Positions 16,364 to 26,304 of a stretch of 46,913 nt of DNA are shown piece by piece. A model generated the notes under the pieces. That model was not told where the DNA came from. It saw nothing but the letters and a program-made list of their open reading frames with translations, and made no database searches. This stretch comes from a virus. Every line of letters begins with the position of its first letter. Position 1 is the stretch's first letter. Where the stretch lies: UHGV virus genome UHGV-0202034; one strand, given 5' to 3'. The translations under genes were made by a program, and so were the position numbers.

Positions 16364-17506
16364 TCATACGCAAAAGCCGGGCGCGAAGCCGAAGGAAGCG
16401 CGCGCGGTGCGGTCTTCGACTGTCCCGTTGGTGTTCACATTCTCGAAACCGTCGGAGCTGCTCGCAAGCGGAGAACGGAGCCACCAACGAGCGGCGGCGC
16501 TCGTTCCGTTGTGCTTGTACTTTACCTTGCTGTTTCCAGCGGAATAATAGGCGTACTGCGCTTGCTTACTCGCCTCGTTCGAGTTTGCTCTCGAAATGCT
16601 CCCGAAAACCTCAAACTCCGAGAGGAGGAAAAAGTAATCCTTTGTCGCCGTGACCGCACTCGCGGATGTGCTATTATTTCCCGTATTGTCCGTGTACTTG
16701 GTAACGGACTTTAGGACTGCACGGAGCGCCGCCGGAATGACTGCGATAATCGTTCCGGAATAGCTCGAGAGGCTTGTCCCGCAAATATTTGTACGCATTT
16801 GCGAGCTCGCCCATCCGCCGGAGTTCGTTGCACTACTGTTCATAGAGAAATAGCAGGTTGTCGAAACGGGCGAGGTATAGTAACTATCGCAGAAACACAC
16901 GTCCGTACCGCCGGAGAGCGCGGTCTTTGCAAGTTGGAAATGGATACGGTTTTCCCCTTCTAGGCTCACGTTATGGTTAAATCCAATAATGAACGCATAT
17001 GTTGTGTAATTAGATAGTGTAAGATGTCCAACCGTGCCGTTTAGCGTTACCGCCTTTCGGTCGCCAATGCTCCAATAGTTCGCGCCCTGTCCCGCGTCGG
17101 ATATATTTTTTATTGTTTCCCAAGTATTTTTATTCAGTGTCGGATATACAAAATTAAGCGACACCGCGTAGCTGTCCGTGATAGCTACGGCTTTTGTGTC
17201 AGATGTTTTCCCGTCCAGCGTAGCGGATACTCTCCATGTGCCGATCTCCGGAACGGTAAGCGTACAAACTCCGGTGCTGTCAGATGTTCCGGTTATCGTT
17301 TTGGAGCCGTTTGTCGCCGTGACCGTCGCACCGGCAGATACTGTTACGATCAGCTGCAGAGCGATTCCGGTCTGAATCGTACCGACTGCTGCGGCAAGCC
17401 CTTCGATGGTCTGTGCTGCTGGGGCTGTGCCGCCTTTGGCCTCCACTGCGTCATACGCCGCGCCGACTGCCGTGATAATGCGGTCGATCTCTGTCTGTAC
17501 GCTCAT
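16364..17506 (-). CDS. receptor-binding protein with C-terminal DGR-target-like (C-type lectin fold) domain
   Basis: FLLSEFEV, WWLRSP..F..V...G..GFAPGFCV. Confidence 0.75.
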   Translation of the reverse strand: MSVQTEIDRIITAVGAAYDAVEAKGGTAPAAQTIEGLAAAVGTIQTGIALQLIVTVSAGATVTATNGSKTITGTSDSTGVCTLTVPEIGTWRVSATLDGKTSDTKAVAITDSYAVSLNFVYPTLNKNTWETIKNISDAGQGANYWSIGDRKAVTLNGTVGHLTLSNYTTYAFIIGFNHNVSLEGENRIHFQLAKTALSGGTDVCFCDSYYTSPVSTTCYFSMNSSATNSGGWASSQMRTNICGTSLSSYSGTIIAVIPAALRAVLKSVTKYTDNTGNNSTSASAVTATKDYFFLLSEFEVFGSISRANSNEASKQAQYAYYSAGNSKVKYKHNGTSAAARWWLRSPLASSSDGFENVNTNGTVEDRTARASFGFAPGFCV

Positions 17507-17519
17507 GTCTGTTCCTCCT

Positions 17520-18401
17520 TTAAATCGCAGCGAGGGCGTTTTCGATGTCGTCTGTCATGCTGACGGTGCCGCCGGAGGTATAGCCTGCGGGAATGTCTAC
17601 GCTGGTCTGCGTGAGGCCGTCGATGGTCTTCGAGATCGCGCCGTTGTTGGCCATGGTGCCCTCGGCCTTGCTGCCGTCGGCCAGCACGATAAACTTTCCG
17701 TCCAGCACGTCAGCCGCTCCGGCAGTCACGCCGGAAACGTCCTTGTATTTGTCTGGAATCGCGCCGACCGTGACCTTGCCGAGTACTTTGCCCTTTGTGG
17801 GCGTAATGTCCTGCGCGGCCTCGGCAGGCGTGGCGGACTTGGTTTCCAGCACGACAGATACCTTGCCCGTGCCGGAGTGCTTACCGGCGGGGACAGTGTA
17901 CTCCTGGTTCCCGGTCGTGGCGTCCAGCACTTTCTCCACTGCACCGTTGTCCGGCATGGTGCCAGCCTGCGTTACGCCGTCCGCGTCGATAAATACTTTA
18001 TTCGCCAGCACGTCGCCGGGTGCGGCGGTCGTGGCGGACACGTCCTGATAGTTTTCCGGGATCGCGCCGACGGTCACGCCGGACAGGCCGTAATAGCCCT
18101 GATCTGGTGTGACGGACTGCTGCTCCTTCGTCGGCGTGACGGATTTGGCCTGCAGGTTGTAGTTGCCGCCGCCGGAGACGCCCTTGACCGTGCCGGAGCC
18201 GTTGTGATAGCCCGCAGGGATGGTATAGGACTCTCCCTCCTTGACGTTGGCGTCAACCGCGCCCTGATTTTTGATGGCGGCGGCCTTGTCGGTCAGCGCG
18301 TCGAGTTTGTCCGTGCTCGCGGCGAGGCCGAGGCCGACGAGCCATGTGCGCAGCTTGTTCCGCGCGGTCTGCAATCTGGTAATTTCGGCTTGTGTGCTCA
18401 T
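17520..18401 (-). CDS. tail fibre-like repeat protein
   Basis: repeats YTIPAGYHNGSGTV / YTVPAGKHSGTGKV / VTVGAIP. Confidence 0.7.
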   Translation of the reverse strand: MSTQAEITRLQTARNKLRTWLVGLGLAASTDKLDALTDKAAAIKNQGAVDANVKEGESYTIPAGYHNGSGTVKGVSGGGNYNLQAKSVTPTKEQQSVTPDQGYYGLSGVTVGAIPENYQDVSATTAAPGDVLANKVFIDADGVTQAGTMPDNGAVEKVLDATTGNQEYTVPAGKHSGTGKVSVVLETKSATPAEAAQDITPTKGKVLGKVTVGAIPDKYKDVSGVTAGAADVLDGKFIVLADGSKAEGTMANNGAISKTIDGLTQTSVDIPAGYTSGGTVSMTDDIENALAAI

Positions 18402-18413
18402 AAAATCACTCCT

Positions 18414-18662
18414 TTAGATGGTCGCCAGCAGGGCGTTGATGTTGCCGACCTCCGCATACACGGCAGCGGAGGTGACAGGCTTGGTGTTGTCCTTTTCGAC
18501 TGCGTCCGCCGTATCGACGGACAGGGTGTTGGTTTCGGCGTCCAGCTTGAGGCCGGGGCCGATGTTGTAGCCGCCGGAGCCGCCGCCAGCACGCACGGAA
18601 ACGTTAAAGGAAACGTCGATCGGATCGCGGTTCTTGAGTCCAAATTCAATGCCGCCCATCAC
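18414..18662 (-). CDS. small tail-associated protein
   Basis: 82 aa in tail operon. Confidence 0.6.
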   Translation of the reverse strand: MMGGIEFGLKNRDPIDVSFNVSVRAGGGSGGYNIGPGLKLDAETNTLSVDTADAVEKDNTKPVTSAAVYAEVGNINALLATI

Positions 18663-18955
18663 AACACCGCCTTTGAAAGCGCGTGCGCAACGTCGATCTG
18701 CTTGATCTCCGAGCCAATCACGTCACCGCTCTTGAATTTCACGCGCACCTGCATCTGGCAGAGCTTCGGGAGCCGAAAGGTCTCCTGCTGGGTGAGGGGA
18801 AACAGAAACTTTCCGTCCTCGTATCCGATCTCTCCCGGATAGCTCTTTTGCAGATAAAGCAGAGAAATCTCCACCTTTTCAACGCTTGCAATGTCCAGCG
18901 GCTGCCCTTTATTCTTGATGGTAACACTAAGGTTATACGAATCTCCCTGTACCAA
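18659..18955 (-). CDS. BppU-N-like baseplate protein
   Basis: QGDSYNL..PLTQQETF..QVRVKF; TTG start after GGAGG. Confidence 0.55.
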   Translation of the reverse strand: MVQGDSYNLSVTIKNKGQPLDIASVEKVEISLLYLQKSYPGEIGYEDGKFLFPLTQQETFRLPKLCQMQVRVKFKSGDVIGSEIKQIDVAHALSKAVL

Positions 18956-18971
18956 ATGCCGCACCTCCGTT

Positions 18972-20435
18972 CTATGTGCCGATAATCTTGCATTCTGCCG
19001 CTGCGATTCCGCTGAGGCGAATGTCCATACTGGTGATCGTTCCGGTGATCTTCGTGCCCCACGGCGTTGTGGTCTGCACATAATCGCCCGGGGCTTCCTT
19101 GTCCATGACAATTTTGACACTGTGCGTCTGACGGCGCATATAGTAGTCAAAGACGTGCTGCGCGACGGCGGCAACGTTGTCGCTGTTGACCAGCGTAGCG
19201 TCGCGCACCTCGATAACGTTCGGCTTGGTCTGCGTGGTGGCGTTCGGATTGGACTTGGACGTGACCGACGTCGTGTGATAGTAGGTCGTACCGCCGACCT
19301 CCACGCTCTCTCCGCTTCCGGACGTCGAATAGCTGTGTGCCGTCACGCGGATCTCCGTGACCACTGCCGCCGTTTCCACGCTGCCGCCCGTGTATGTCCG
19401 GTCAAGTGGGATCATGGCAGGAGCGGCTGCTGTGAGCCTCCGGACGCGCACGCCACGCGACGCGCTTGTGTCAATGGTCGCACGAAGCGCGAAAACGATC
19501 TGTTGCAGCGCTTCTCGTTTCGTGCAGTCCGGGATATAGCCGGTTACGGTCTCGTCTTCCAGCGCAGGGTCGAAGTCCAGCGTGAAGTGCGCGCCGAGAA
19601 TCGAGGTTATCAGCTCCTTCGCGTTTTTGCTGCTGTAGACCGCCGCCGCGAAGGGCTCGTCGTCCAGAATGCCGAGCGCGTCCTGGCAGGATACATCATA
19701 GAGCCGTTCGCTCGACCGGGACGAGCTCTTGATGTAAAAGACGCCGATCAGCTTTGCGCCGTCGTAGGCGCTGACGGGCTGCTTTTCCTGAAAAATGAAG
19801 TCAATATCGTCTGAGTTGTCGAGCGTGAAATCCAGCGTATTGATCTCCACGTCGTCGGAGATCACGCTGACACCCTCGGTGACGTTGACGCTGCGCAGAT
19901 CCTCCCGCTCGAATTCCCGGACGATGCCGAAGAATATCTGTCGGAGCTTCGCATAGCGGTACGGCAGGCTCGTCTTTTTCAGCTCAATCACGAGCTTGTT
20001 GTAGCCCGTGACTGGCTTGGCGCAGAAATATTTCTGGCCGTCCGGCGTGAAGTCCTGCGACGCGACGGTTGTCTCGCCGTTGTACCACGTCATGGTCAGG
20101 GCGCTGCAATAGTCGCCGGTGCCACCGTCAAAATAGAGGTAAATGCCGGAGCTTGCGAACGTGCCGTCCAGCGTGATAGTCAGCGTCGGGTTCGCGTCAA
20201 AGGTGCAGTCCGCTTTGCTCGGAGCCGAAGACCAGAACGCCGCCCGCTCGGTCGTGAGGATCGGACGGGAGCCGTCCAGCACCCACTGGTTCAGCTCGTT
20301 TGTTGCGACGATCACCGGCTCTGTGCCATACGGCAGTTCCGGAAGGTCGGAGAAGGGCTTCGCAGCGGTGCTCGCCACGCTGGCCGCCTCCGCCGCGCCT
20401 ACCGCAACGTCCTCATAAATCACTCGAACGCTCAT
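18972..20435 (-). CDS. tail hub/baseplate protein
   Basis: 487 aa after Dit position. Confidence 0.65.
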   Translation of the reverse strand: MSVRVIYEDVAVGAAEAASVASTAAKPFSDLPELPYGTEPVIVATNELNQWVLDGSRPILTTERAAFWSSAPSKADCTFDANPTLTITLDGTFASSGIYLYFDGGTGDYCSALTMTWYNGETTVASQDFTPDGQKYFCAKPVTGYNKLVIELKKTSLPYRYAKLRQIFFGIVREFEREDLRSVNVTEGVSVISDDVEINTLDFTLDNSDDIDFIFQEKQPVSAYDGAKLIGVFYIKSSSRSSERLYDVSCQDALGILDDEPFAAAVYSSKNAKELITSILGAHFTLDFDPALEDETVTGYIPDCTKREALQQIVFALRATIDTSASRGVRVRRLTAAAPAMIPLDRTYTGGSVETAAVVTEIRVTAHSYSTSGSGESVEVGGTTYYHTTSVTSKSNPNATTQTKPNVIEVRDATLVNSDNVAAVAQHVFDYYMRRQTHSVKIVMDKEAPGDYVQTTTPWGTKITGTITSMDIRLSGIAAAECKIIGT

Positions 20436-20824
20436 ACCGGAACCCTCTTCGGTTTCATTGCAACAAAGTTAATCGATAAGTTCTGCCATTCGCTCCTATC
20501 GCCGTATCTTGATACAAGTTCATCTTCTCCGTTTGCCACATAGGCATCAAACGTCAAAACAGATTGCGCATACGGGACAGTCAGAACGTGGCTATCGACC
20601 GGCGCGGAAATGTTCTCGTAAAACGCATCATATTCTGCAAGATCAGACGAAACAGGATCGATCTCCAAACTGTAATTGTAAAATGTACCGATAATGTCTC
20701 GCGTCATCGCGCCGGTCATCACGCGGCCCACGTTATCGCCGTCGAGGACGGAAAACGAACGCTTTAGGCTCACAACATGCAGATTCGGATACTCCTTGCC
20801 GTCAAGGCTCAAAATGCTTGTCAT
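20432..20824 (-). CDS. distal tail protein (putative)
   Basis: follows tape measure; GRVMTGAMTRDIIG. Confidence 0.6.
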   Translation of the reverse strand: MTSILSLDGKEYPNLHVVSLKRSFSVLDGDNVGRVMTGAMTRDIIGTFYNYSLEIDPVSSDLAEYDAFYENISAPVDSHVLTVPYAQSVLTFDAYVANGEDELVSRYGDRSEWQNLSINFVAMKPKRVPV

Positions 20825-23379
20825 GCCTTCACCCCCGCAAGCTTCACTCCGACGCGCTGTGTTTCCTCGTTGTTAAGGTTATACACCGCGCGTCCAAGTT
20901 CTCTGTGGTCGAGCTGCATAACAACCGTGATCTGTCTGCCGCCCATGCCGCCCGTTTCGTTCATGGCCTGCTTGAACGCCTGCACCATTGTGGCAAGCGG
21001 CGTCTCGATGTTCGTCCCGCTCTTCTGGTCGCCGAGGACGGCCATGAATTCCCGGTTCGGCGGGATGACCGCGCCGGAGGCTAGGCGGGGGAGTTGGACA
21101 TTTCCCCAGCTTACATTTCCAATGTCTACGCCCGGAACCTTGTTCAGCAGCCTAATCGCCCCGTTCACAAGGCCGCCCAAACCGCCAAGCGCGCGATTGA
21201 TCCCACTCTCGATTTCGGCAATCAGGCCGTTCATGGCGTTTTTCGCAAGATTGGCCCACCATTCGCCTGTGAATACAGGCGCAATGTTCTTCTTCCAGAA
21301 ATCTTTGATTTTGCCCCAGCAATCTTTTACCTTGCTGACAATAAAATCCCAGTTCGGCGCAATAGCCGCAGCCAGGCTTACGCCGCCCGCTGCGAGAAGT
21401 CCAAGCCCGAGCGGAATTCCTGCACCTGTGAACAGGAGAACCGCGCCAAGCGCAAGGAGCGCGCCGCCAACGATTGCAGTAATTTTGCCAAGCGGCCCTT
21501 TCATTTTTTCCTGAATCGTATTCCAGTTGACAGCCGCCGTTGCTGCAAGTCCGATTGCGCCCGCAGCCATCAGCCCGATTCCAAGCGGAAGGCTTGCGCC
21601 TGTAAATGCAAGGATCGCACCGACCGCAAGCAGCGCCGCACTGACAATCGCGGTGATCTTCCCTATCGGCCCTTGCAGTTTTGTTTTGATCGTATCCCAG
21701 TTGATAGTTGCTGTTGCTGCAAGCCCTGCCGCTCCTGCAACCATCAGCCCGATACCGAGCGGCAGATTCGCACCGCTGAATGTGAGAATTGCGCCAAGCG
21801 CAAGCAATGCCGCACCCACGATCGCTACAATATTTCCGACAGGGCCCCGCAGGGCCGCCGTGATCGTGTCCCAGTTAACAGCCGCTACCGCAGCGAGACC
21901 GACCGCACCGGCGATCATCAGTCCGAGGCCAAGCGGAATGTTTGCGCCGCTGAACGCTAAGATCGCGCCGACAACAAGCAGCGCCCCGCTTACGATTGCC
22001 GTAATGATTCCGATGGGCCCTTGCAGCGCTTCTGTAATTGAGCCCCAGTTTGCCGCCACAGTGGCCGCAAGGCCGACCGCACCGGCGATCATCAGTCCGA
22101 GGCCAAGCGGAATGTTTGCGCCAGAAAAGACAAGGAGCGCGCCGATTGCAAGCAAGGCAGTACTTACAATCGCCGTGATAAGTCCGACTTGCCCTTGCAG
22201 GATTCCAGCGATTTCTCCCCAGTGATTGCTTACCGCGTCCCACACCGCCAGCGCGCCAACTGCCATAAGCGCTATTCCAAGCGGGATGTTCGCGCCGCTG
22301 AACGTGAGAATTGCGCCAAGCGCAAGCAATGCCGCGCCCACAAACAATTCTGTAATTGATGTCAGCTGATCCTTTATCATGGCGCTGAAATCGGGTGCTA
22401 TTGTATCGGATCCGATTCCGCCACCCGCTCCTGCGCCGCCGCTGCTTCCGGAATCATTCGAAAGCTGGTTGATTTCGTCAAACGACGCCATGCTTTTCCC
22501 TGCTTTTTTTGCTGCGTCTCCCACATCGGAGATTGCTTCCGCCTCGTCTCCATATGCCGCAGCGGCTTCCGCCGCAGATTTCGGAAAAGTCGTTCCGAAC
22601 AGCTTCGAAACCAGTGTTGCAAGCGCGTTTACAATTCGAGTCAGCACGTTCACAAGAAGGATAAAAGCAGGAATAACCACCTTCATGATTGGCTGCGCAA
22701 GCGTGAGCAGAGCGCCCTTCAGCCTGGCAACTGCCGCGCGCGCTTCGTCGCTTTTCTTGATCGTCTCGCTAAGCCAGCTGCGCAGCTGGGAAAGGCCGCG
22801 GGACAGGACAGTAAAGACCAGCGCGCTCCTCAGCACCCCGCTTAATCTTCTCCCGAATTTATTCATGCTTTTTTCGACGCGCGCCGACGCTTCGGCCACG
22901 CGGGCCGAAGCTCCGCTGGCATTTGTGATCTGCTGCACCAGCTCTCCGGCTTTAGCCTTTGCAGCGTCAAGCGCAGCAGCCTGGTTTATCACCTTGTCGG
23001 TGATCTTTGCATATTGACTCCCAAGCTTTTCCGCCGTTTTGTTTTGCTGCACCAGCAGCTGTTCCTGCTCTTTGATCTGCGCAGCAACCTCCGCCTGCCG
23101 AGAATAAGCGTCTATGTACTCCGCTGGATTAGCCGAAGCGCTTCCGGACGTGATGCCCTTAAGGCGGTCAGCCTCCGAGCGGAGCGATTTCAGCGCGTCT
23201 TCCGTCTGCTTTGCGGCCTGAAGCGCTGCGTCGAGTTCCTTTTTTATCCCGCTCTGCGTGCCGGTGTCCTCGTTTAGCTTGGCTTCCATCTTGTCGATTT
23301 TCGCAGACAGCGTATCCAGCTCTTTTTGTGCCTTTTTCGCGTCCGCGTCGACAGCGATCACAATTTTCCCATCTGCCAT
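20821..23379 (-). CDS. tape measure protein
   Basis: 852 aa, coiled coil then 58 aa hydrophobic repeats, ASFDEINQL, PRLASGAVIP. Confidence 0.88.
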   Translation of the reverse strand: MADGKIVIAVDADAKKAQKELDTLSAKIDKMEAKLNEDTGTQSGIKKELDAALQAAKQTEDALKSLRSEADRLKGITSGSASANPAEYIDAYSRQAEVAAQIKEQEQLLVQQNKTAEKLGSQYAKITDKVINQAAALDAAKAKAGELVQQITNASGASARVAEASARVEKSMNKFGRRLSGVLRSALVFTVLSRGLSQLRSWLSETIKKSDEARAAVARLKGALLTLAQPIMKVVIPAFILLVNVLTRIVNALATLVSKLFGTTFPKSAAEAAAAYGDEAEAISDVGDAAKKAGKSMASFDEINQLSNDSGSSGGAGAGGGIGSDTIAPDFSAMIKDQLTSITELFVGAALLALGAILTFSGANIPLGIALMAVGALAVWDAVSNHWGEIAGILQGQVGLITAIVSTALLAIGALLVFSGANIPLGLGLMIAGAVGLAATVAANWGSITEALQGPIGIITAIVSGALLVVGAILAFSGANIPLGLGLMIAGAVGLAAVAAVNWDTITAALRGPVGNIVAIVGAALLALGAILTFSGANLPLGIGLMVAGAAGLAATATINWDTIKTKLQGPIGKITAIVSAALLAVGAILAFTGASLPLGIGLMAAGAIGLAATAAVNWNTIQEKMKGPLGKITAIVGGALLALGAVLLFTGAGIPLGLGLLAAGGVSLAAAIAPNWDFIVSKVKDCWGKIKDFWKKNIAPVFTGEWWANLAKNAMNGLIAEIESGINRALGGLGGLVNGAIRLLNKVPGVDIGNVSWGNVQLPRLASGAVIPPNREFMAVLGDQKSGTNIETPLATMVQAFKQAMNETGGMGGRQITVVMQLDHRELGRAVYNLNNEETQRVGVKLAGVKA

Positions 23380-23448
23380 ATTTTCACCACCTTTTCGGTT
23401 GATTTTTGTTATTATTTGTGTTATCTTCCAAGTAAGGAGGGAAGAAAT

Positions 23449-24291
23449 ATGAGTGATTGCATTATCCAAATCAGCCGGGACAATTCTTTTTACGGTTCTG
23501 GCCTGACCGTCGGCGTTGCATTGGATGGCTGTGATGTCGGCACGCTGAAAAATGGTGAAGAACTTCGAGCCGTGGCCGCTCCGGGCCAGCACGAACTTTC
23601 TTTTTACCGGTATCGCCGTCTGGATAAAACCATATCCTTTACCATTGCCGAAGGGCAACAGAATGCGTTTTTTACCATCAAGATTAACGCCTCGAACCGC
23701 GTTGACGTTGTTGGCGGGCTAAAAACCAAAAAGCAGGCGAAACGCCCCAGCGGCTGCCTGACGGCTTTAATCGTATTCCTCTGTCTTTTCGTCTTTATTG
23801 GCGCGGCCTTTGCTTCCTGCGGATCGTCCTCCAAGCCGAAAAAGGTCGGAACCTCAGTTTCTTCTTCGCAGCAGCCGCCGCAGCAATCCGATTCCGGGCC
23901 TGAAACATTTGGCGTTGGGGATCAGGTCGTTCTAGACGGCGTGACGGTCACGTTGCTCAGTGTTACCGAGAATTCCGGCCAAAATTACGTCTCGCCGGAT
24001 GATGGAAAGGTCTTTGTTCTGTGCGAATTCGAGATCGAAAACAATTCATCCCGCGATATTGCGTCCAGCACCATGCTTTCATTCGAAAGCTACATTGATG
24101 GCTATACAACCAGCCTCAGCCTCACCGCCATGATGAGTTCCGACGAGCCGCAGCTTGACGGCACGATTGCCGCCGGGAAGAAAATGAAAGGTGTCGTCGG
24201 ATATGAAGCGCCGCAGGATTGGAGTGAGATCGAGATTCGATTCTCTCCAAGCTTCTGGGGTAGCGAAATCGTTTTCGAGTATAAAAAATAA
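23449..24291 (+). CDS. DUF4352-like membrane-anchored protein (moron)
   Basis: own promoter TTGATT-17-TATCTT, AAGGAGG RBS, TM, GTIAAGKKMKGVVGYE motif. Confidence 0.75.
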   Translation: MSDCIIQISRDNSFYGSGLTVGVALDGCDVGTLKNGEELRAVAAPGQHELSFYRYRRLDKTISFTIAEGQQNAFFTIKINASNRVDVVGGLKTKKQAKRPSGCLTALIVFLCLFVFIGAAFASCGSSSKPKKVGTSVSSSQQPPQQSDSGPETFGVGDQVVLDGVTVTLLSVTENSGQNYVSPDDGKVFVLCEFEIENNSSRDIASSTMLSFESYIDGYTTSLSLTAMMSSDEPQLDGTIAAGKKMKGVVGYEAPQDWSEIEIRFSPSFWGSEIVFEYKK

Positions 24292-24303
24292 GTTTTTCCT
24301 GCT

Positions 24304-24333
24304 GCCGCCCCTTAACCGGGGCGGCTGTTTTTT
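24304..24333. terminator. hairpin terminator GCCGCCCC/GGGGCGGC
   Basis: stem plus T tract after the moron. Confidence 0.7.
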
Positions 24334-24896
24334 GTCCCGACTCCCCATACGGCAAGCAGGTCGGCTTCGGCCTCCGAGTATGTTGTCTTCAGATCGACGA
24401 TATCCCGGTTGCGCCGGTAGAAATCCCTCTCCTGTTTGTCGAGGCTCTTCCCTCTGGCCTTTTTATCGCGGATAGAAACCACCTGTGCATACAGGCAATC
24501 TCCGATTTCTTGATAGTACGATAGAAACGAATACCAATGCAGGTATTCCAGCGCCCTGACCTCGCAGCCCGCGATTCGGTTGATAGGCGCAATATAGAGA
24601 TCAAAGTCCTGCGCCCATGACATGATCTCTGGCTGCTTTCTCTTCTCTCGATTCTCCTGCCCGTGGTCGATGAAGCGGAAGCACTGGTTCAGGGCTTCCT
24701 GATAGTCGCTGACGGGCATTTCTTCGAAGTCGGGATAGAAGATGGTCAGCGCCGCTTCCGCCTTGTCCCGCTCGTCCAGCTCCCTGTCGGTCAGGGCTAC
24801 GAGGATATCAAGAATCGCGCGGTAATCGGATTGGATCGGATACGTTGTGCCGTTCACATCGACCGTGGTCGGCAGCGCCCAGATCACTTTTTCCAT
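24312..24896 (-). CDS. Gp15-like tail assembly protein
   Basis: IQSDYRAIL, YLHWYSF, QVVSIR. Confidence 0.75.
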   Translation of the reverse strand: MEKVIWALPTTVDVNGTTYPIQSDYRAILDILVALTDRELDERDKAEAALTIFYPDFEEMPVSDYQEALNQCFRFIDHGQENREKRKQPEIMSWAQDFDLYIAPINRIAGCEVRALEYLHWYSFLSYYQEIGDCLYAQVVSIRDKKARGKSLDKQERDFYRRNRDIVDLKTTYSEAEADLLAVWGVGTKNSRPG

Positions 24897-25303
24897 TTTG
24901 CCGTATATTTCGCAATTCTCGGGTTGGTTTTTCGCTGTTCTTCCGCGAAGCTCGTGTCGATCTGGTCGATTACGGCCAGCATGAGATTGCACCAGACCGG
25001 CAGGCCGTCTGCCAGCGCGTAGACGTTCATGGTTCCAAACAGGGCCGTGCAGACAGGCTTGGCAAACAGGCCGTCGATCATATCCCGCATTTCCGCGTCG
25101 CGGCGGCGGGCGATTACGAAGATCTCTTTCTTGTCCGCGCAGCGGTCGATCTCGGCCCTATACGCCTCCTGCTTCCTGTCCAGCTCGTCAAACGTGTTGA
25201 AGATCTGTTCAACGAACGCGCTGTCCGTCGGGTTGAAGGAGACTTCCGCCGCGTCGTTCAGCTTGAACGATACGACGCCGGTTTCAAATCTGATTTCATG
25301 CAT
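24884..25303 (-). CDS. tail assembly chaperone
   Basis: between major tail and Gp15; FNPTD motif. Confidence 0.7.
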   Translation of the reverse strand: MHEIRFETGVVSFKLNDAAEVSFNPTDSAFVEQIFNTFDELDRKQEAYRAEIDRCADKKEIFVIARRRDAEMRDMIDGLFAKPVCTALFGTMNVYALADGLPVWCNLMLAVIDQIDTSFAEEQRKTNPRIAKYTAKWKK

Positions 25304-25315
25304 TGCGGGCCCTCC

Positions 25316-25846
25316 TTACGCCGCGTCCGGCGTGAAGGTAATGGCCCCGTTGGTGCCGATCGCCGCCGTGCCGGTCGTGCGGTTGCCGCCGAGCGTCACG
25401 TCGATGGGCATGCCGACAGAACCGCCGCCCTCGCCTCCGAGGCTGGACGGCTTGACCATCGTGCCGTCGTAGCGCTCCGCGAAGACTGCCGTCTTGGCTG
25501 TGCCGGCGTAATGATGGACGATAAGCACATCCTGATTCGCCAGTGCGGCTGCGTTCTGCTGCTTGATTGCCAGATCCCAGATTTTCTTCAGCGCCGCGTC
25601 GCCCGCGTCAAGGTCGCACGGGTCAAAGCTCTGCGTGATGATCGGTTTTTTCATGGTGGTTCTGGTCGTGCCGAGGATGTCCTTGCTGGAATCCTCCTGC
25701 CAGTCGTACTCCATACTGGAGTCTGTGACGCGCGTTCCGAACGGCGACCATACGGGCGTCGAGGACTCGCCGGTGTTCAGATATGCGATCAGCAGCTCCC
25801 GGTCGATGGTCTGACCGGCCGTGGTATTAAAAGTAACTTCTGCCAT
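25316..25846 (-). CDS. major tail protein
   Basis: 176 aa, position, DILGTT. Confidence 0.75.
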   Translation of the reverse strand: MAEVTFNTTAGQTIDRELLIAYLNTGESSTPVWSPFGTRVTDSSMEYDWQEDSSKDILGTTRTTMKKPIITQSFDPCDLDAGDAALKKIWDLAIKQQNAAALANQDVLIVHHYAGTAKTAVFAERYDGTMVKPSSLGGEGGGSVGMPIDVTLGGNRTTGTAAIGTNGAITFTPDAA

Positions 25847-25848
25847 AG

Positions 25849-26304
25849 TTAAATCACCTCATATGTCAGTTTCATTAGAATTTGATGATCCTCTGTGCCG
25901 TCCTCATACCGGGCGAACAGGGCCGAGCGGCTGACAGCTTCCATGCGCCGGACGCGCATCCCGTCGCCCAAATCCGGCGGGTTCTGCATGGCCCAATCCC
26001 CGAAGCGGTTCAGCATGGCGTCGCATTTCAGGCGCTTGTCGTTGCTGTTTCCGGGCTTGATGCGGGCGATGATCTTGAATTGATATTCCGCCTCGTGCCC
26101 TCCGAGGATGAATTTTCGTGTGATGTACGCGCCCTGAATGGTGGACAGGGCCATACTCGCCGAGTCGGCGGCGAGGAATTCATAATTAATCGTTGCGGCC
26201 GGTATGTCGTCGTCCGAGAAGGAATTTGCCCAGATCATCATCTTTCGGGAGATATCCTGTTCTTCCTCCGCAGATACCAGCCTTTTTTGCTTTTCAGCGT
26301 CCAT
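25849..26304 (-). CDS. tail terminator / head-tail joining protein
   Basis: position before major tail. Confidence 0.6.
   Translation of the reverse strand: MDAEKQKRLVSAEEEQDISRKMMIWANSFSDDDIPAATINYEFLAADSASMALSTIQGAYITRKFILGGHEAEYQFKIIARIKPGNSNDKRLKCDAMLNRFGDWAMQNPPDLGDGMRVRRMEAVSRSALFARYEDGTEDHQILMKLTYEVI

Noticed and set aside
15981..17506. Functional complete DGR
   Set aside because: No reverse transcriptase ORF or template repeat found; reported only as an orphan variable region.
21400..22340. Near-identical DNA repeats about 174 bp apart
   Set aside because: Explained by the 58 aa repeats of the tape measure protein.
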